Part shown: in pieces, positions 61,139-64,000 of the stretch
Layout: the number at the start of each line of letters is the position of its first letter
How positions within the stretch are numbered: position 1 is the first letter of the stretch
Assembly: GCA_041664905.1 (NCBI GenBank)
Contig: JBAYJX010000002.1
Span: 530 to 64,529, forward strand
Origin: an archaeon
GTDB lineage: Archaea; Iainarchaeota; Iainarchaeia; Iainarchaeales; JAAZKV01
Reading direction: 5' to 3'
DNA: 64,000 bases
The notes under the pieces: model-generated
Told to the model about the DNA's origin: nothing
The model's input: the letters and a program-made list of their open reading frames with translations, nothing else
Databases searched by the model: none
Made by a program: the position numbers and the translations under genes

Positions 61139-64000
61139 ATGCAGCCTAAAACACAAAACACGCGCAAAAAAAGAAACCTTAATTTTAACCAAATTCAGAA
61201 TAAACCCATGTTATTTTTTATAGCATCTCTAATTCTCGCATCCCTTATTTTATTTGGGTGTGATGAACAGATGACGACTGCTGAAAAAAACATTTGTTTT
61301 TCAATGAGCAGTCGAAGTTATGCTTATGTTCCAACTTGTGTTACAGTAAACAGTTGTTTTGAAAAAGTTAATCCCCTATTTAATCAAAGTTTAGGTTATT
61401 CACAAGACAGCACAATTTATGAAATAAAAAACCATGTTGCCAGAAGTTGGTACTTTTACAATCTCACACTCGCCGAAATGAAAAAAGTTTCAAACTATTG
61501 CACTAGTGGTAATTATGTTGCACTCGCAGGAGGAATAAACCAAGCAAAATTTTATTTAGACACCTCTTTTCTTGAGCTTGATGAGGGAGTAAAAAAAAGC
61601 TTTTCAGTAATCTCGGCAGAAGAAAATTATCTTTCTAATCAAAAAGTTGATTTAATTAAAGAAGAAGCAATATATGATTCTGAAGTAGAATTACAACAAA
61701 TAATTTCTGAGCTTAACAGCGGTCCCACAAACTCAGACAGTTATGTTTCTTATTATTTAAATAAAATAGAAGCTTTCAACAAATCAACTCTCGCCAAAAC
61801 AAGCGTTGTTCTTGCAGAAAAGACTCCTTTTTGGATAGAAAATTATGAAAACTTTCAAGGGACTATCCTTAAGCAACTAGGAGTAGCAAACCAAGCACAC
61901 TTTGTTTTTTTAAATGAAGCTTTAAGAAAAGGGATTGATTATGCTGAAATGAAATTTTACACCAAACAAAGCCTAACTGCACTCCAAAATCTGCCTGTTT
62001 TTGAATTTATGTCGCTTTATTCAAATTTAGGAGGAAACAGCAATTCTTCAATTAAAAGGTTTGCTGATTTAATTAACCGAACCGGAAAAAATTTACAAAA
62101 CACAAGCAAAACTATTGAAGAGGTTTGGGACAAAATAGAAATTGAAAGAAAAAATTGTGAATCTCTTCTTGAAAAATCAAAAGAATTTGAAAAATATTCT
62201 TCTTTAGTGAATGAACTTTCTTCGACAAGCGTAACTACCGAAAATTCCCCTCAAGTTGCTTTTCAAAAAACCACTCAAGAATATATTTTGATTAAAGACA
62301 AAAAAAATAAAGGAAACTTAACAATTGGAGAAGAATTATCCTCAATAAAAGCAATTCTTAACAACAGTTTGGTAATAAAAAAACAGTTAGAGTGGATAAA
62401 TGAAAAATTAATTTCCGAGCTAAGTAATGCTTGTGATAATAAAGCTAAGGAAATAAAAAAAGAGGCTCTTTCTTCAGAAAAAGACTCAATAAAACTCCTT
62501 ATTGAAGAAACTCTATTTTATGCTTCAAAAACTCTTTCTACAACAAATGAAGAAAAACTAAATTATTGTTATAATTTAGTTGAAAAATCTAAAACCCTTA
62601 ATGAAGCATTTAGCAATTATTCTTTGCTTGAATCAAAGAAAAAAGATTTAGCAAAGGATTGCATAAACTATTTAGAAAGTGTGCTTCCAAAAACTGATTT
62701 GAGTGAATTAACTCTTCTTTTTAGTAATCTAAAAAACCAAAGCGTTAATAGCAACAATTTATTAGAATTTGAAGAAGATTGCCAAAGCATAAAAGAACAA
62801 GTAGAAAATGAGCTTAACTCTGACAAAGATATTTTGCAAATCACACAAGAAACAGAGGAACTCAAAAAAACCCTGCTAATTTTAAAAGAAATCAATAACT
62901 ACTCGCCCTCACCCGCTCTTGAAAAGGAAATAAGTTTATTTGAAGAAAAAATAGAGAATTATAATAATTACTTTGCTAACGGAAAGGTTAACCTAAGTGA
63001 AGTCTTGCCAATAAAGAAAATTCTTTTAGATTCAATAAGTGATAATCTAAAAATATTTTCGAGTACACTCCAAGACAAAATTATCCAATATGCAAAAGAA
63101 AATTACTCAATTATTTTATTTAATTTAAAAGTTCCTCAAACAAACGAAGATATTAACACAAACGCTAAACTGACCATACCAAATCCGTTTCAATCAATAA
63201 ATACAACTTTTTATCTCGATTTACCTTTTTCTATTGCGCTTCTCAATTCAAAAGATTCATGCATAACTCAAATAATTCAAGTTGATAAAAACACAACTCG
63301 CTTCTTGCTTAATTGTTTGCCTTTTGGAAACACAACTTCAGATTTTATAATTAGCCAAAAGATTACTCAAAAAGAACTTGATGAATTTTTGTATGTGTCA
63401 AATAAAACTAGCTTGTTAAAAAGAGAAATACAATTAAATTCAACTGGCGAATTTACAAAGCTTTTAATTAAAACAACTCCTCCTTTTGCCCCCTCTAAAT
63501 GCACTGCAATAATAAATGAAACTGAAAAAGTGTGTTACTTGGATGAAGCAGGAAAAGCTAATTTTTTGGCAGAAAATGTTTCAGAAAAGATCCAAATAAC
63601 AGTTTTTTTCTATATTGAAGGCCTAATTTCAATAGATCTGCAAGAATCAACTCAAAACTCGGCAGAACAAAATTCAATAGAATACAAGCTAACAGCAAAG
63701 AATAATTCAAACTCACAAGTTAGTGCTGAAATTTCCTTACCAGTTCCAATAAACTCGTCTATTGAAAGTATTTTTTTAGTTGACGAAGAATTTAACGAGT
63801 CAAAAATTAACTTAAGTGGGTTTAATATTATAATAAAAAATAAAAAGTTTGAAGCAAAACAAGAAAGATACTTTACCTTAACCATTAAAGTAAACTCTTT
63901 GCACGAGTATTATTTTCAAACATTACTTGAACAAAAAGATTTACTCACGCTTCTTGGAAACACAGAACTTGCAAGAAAAACTCAAGAAGTAATAAACCTT
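61139..64000 (+). CDS. large (>950 aa) secreted/lipoprotein-like surface protein, partial (runs off the window)
   Basis: My own translation shows the frame open from ATG 61139 (or ATG 61208) to the window end. Signal plus lipobox-like MLFFIASLILASLILFGC. Rich in N-x-S/T sequons and coiled-coil-like segments. Absent from the ORF track because there is no stop in the window. Confidence 0.6.
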   Translation, partial: MQPKTQNTRKKRNLNFNQIQNKPMLFFIASLILASLILFGCDEQMTTAEKNICFSMSSRSYAYVPTCVTVNSCFEKVNPLFNQSLGYSQDSTIYEIKNHVARSWYFYNLTLAEMKKVSNYCTSGNYVALAGGINQAKFYLDTSFLELDEGVKKSFSVISAEENYLSNQKVDLIKEEAIYDSEVELQQIISELNSGPTNSDSYVSYYLNKIEAFNKSTLAKTSVVLAEKTPFWIENYENFQGTILKQLGVANQAHFVFLNEALRKGIDYAEMKFYTKQSLTALQNLPVFEFMSLYSNLGGNSNSSIKRFADLINRTGKNLQNTSKTIEEVWDKIEIERKNCESLLEKSKEFEKYSSLVNELSSTSVTTENSPQVAFQKTTQEYILIKDKKNKGNLTIGEELSSIKAILNNSLVIKKQLEWINEKLISELSNACDNKAKEIKKEALSSEKDSIKLLIEETLFYASKTLSTTNEEKLNYCYNLVEKSKTLNEAFSNYSLLESKKKDLAKDCINYLESVLPKTDLSELTLLFSNLKNQSVNSNNLLEFEEDCQSIKEQVENELNSDKDILQITQETEELKKTLLILKEINNYSPSPALEKEISLFEEKIENYNNYFANGKVNLSEVLPIKKILLDSISDNLKIFSSTLQDKIIQYAKENYSIILFNLKVPQTNEDINTNAKLTIPNPFQSINTTFYLDLPFSIALLNSKDSCITQIIQVDKNTTRFLLNCLPFGNTTSDFIISQKITQKELDEFLYVSNKTSLLKREIQLNSTGEFTKLLIKTTPPFAPSKCTAIINETEKVCYLDEAGKANFLAENVSEKIQITVFFYIEGLISIDLQESTQNSAEQNSIEYKLTAKNNSNSQVSAEISLPVPINSSIESIFLVDEEFNESKINLSGFNIIIKNKKFEAKQERYFTLTIKVNSLHEYYFQTLLEQKDLLTLLGNTELARKTQEVINL

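Noticed and set aside
1-64000. tRNA, rRNA, transposase/integrase, prophage, restriction-modification, toxin-antitoxin or Cas genes
   Set aside because: Reading the intergenic regions showed no GC-rich cloverleaf-like segments. No ORF carries recognisable motifs of these families. The only mobile element I can support is the porB intein.

Overview
AT-rich, almost fully coding archaeal chromosomal window, mostly transcribed on the minus strand. The archaeal assignment rests on r-proteins S3Ae and S15, Bud32, a DTD2-type deacylase, isopentenyl phosphate kinase and geranylgeranyl reductase. Left part (1-20 kb): r-proteins, Bud32, a grpE-dnaK-dnaJ operon with a divergent wHTH gene, a 2149-aa surface protein, Dus, ADP-forming acetyl-CoA synthetase, DtdA, ITPase. 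Centre (21-29 kb): secreted Cys-rich repeat proteins and a porGDAB pyruvate:ferredoxin oxidoreductase operon. That operon carries a 367-aa LAGLIDADG intein inside porB, two inserted non-por genes and a 51-bp tandem leader duplication. Right-centre (29.7-51.8 kb): an unusually complete cluster for the archaeal-type mevalonate pathway. It holds thiolase/DUF35/HMG-CoA synthase, class II-like HMG-CoA reductase, mevalonate kinase, AcnX-type phosphomevalonate dehydratase, UbiD/UbiX decarboxylase, IPK, type-2 IDI and GGPP synthase; ferredoxin plus geranylgeranyl reductase lie at 57.4-58.8 kb. The most unusual signal is that about ten arginine-rich, mostly unrecognisable ORFs sit one by one between these conserved genes. 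Each has tight spacing and a Shine-Dalgarno-like GGTGA motif. They include an HD-domain protein, a methyltransferase-like protein, a degenerate GHMP-kinase paralog and a PEP-utilizer swivel-domain protein. Two MVA operon upstream regions share a ~47-70 nt conserved element. I found no tRNA, rRNA, CRISPR, transposase or recognisable defence system. All family calls come from reading motifs in the supplied translations and my own translations; no database search was possible.
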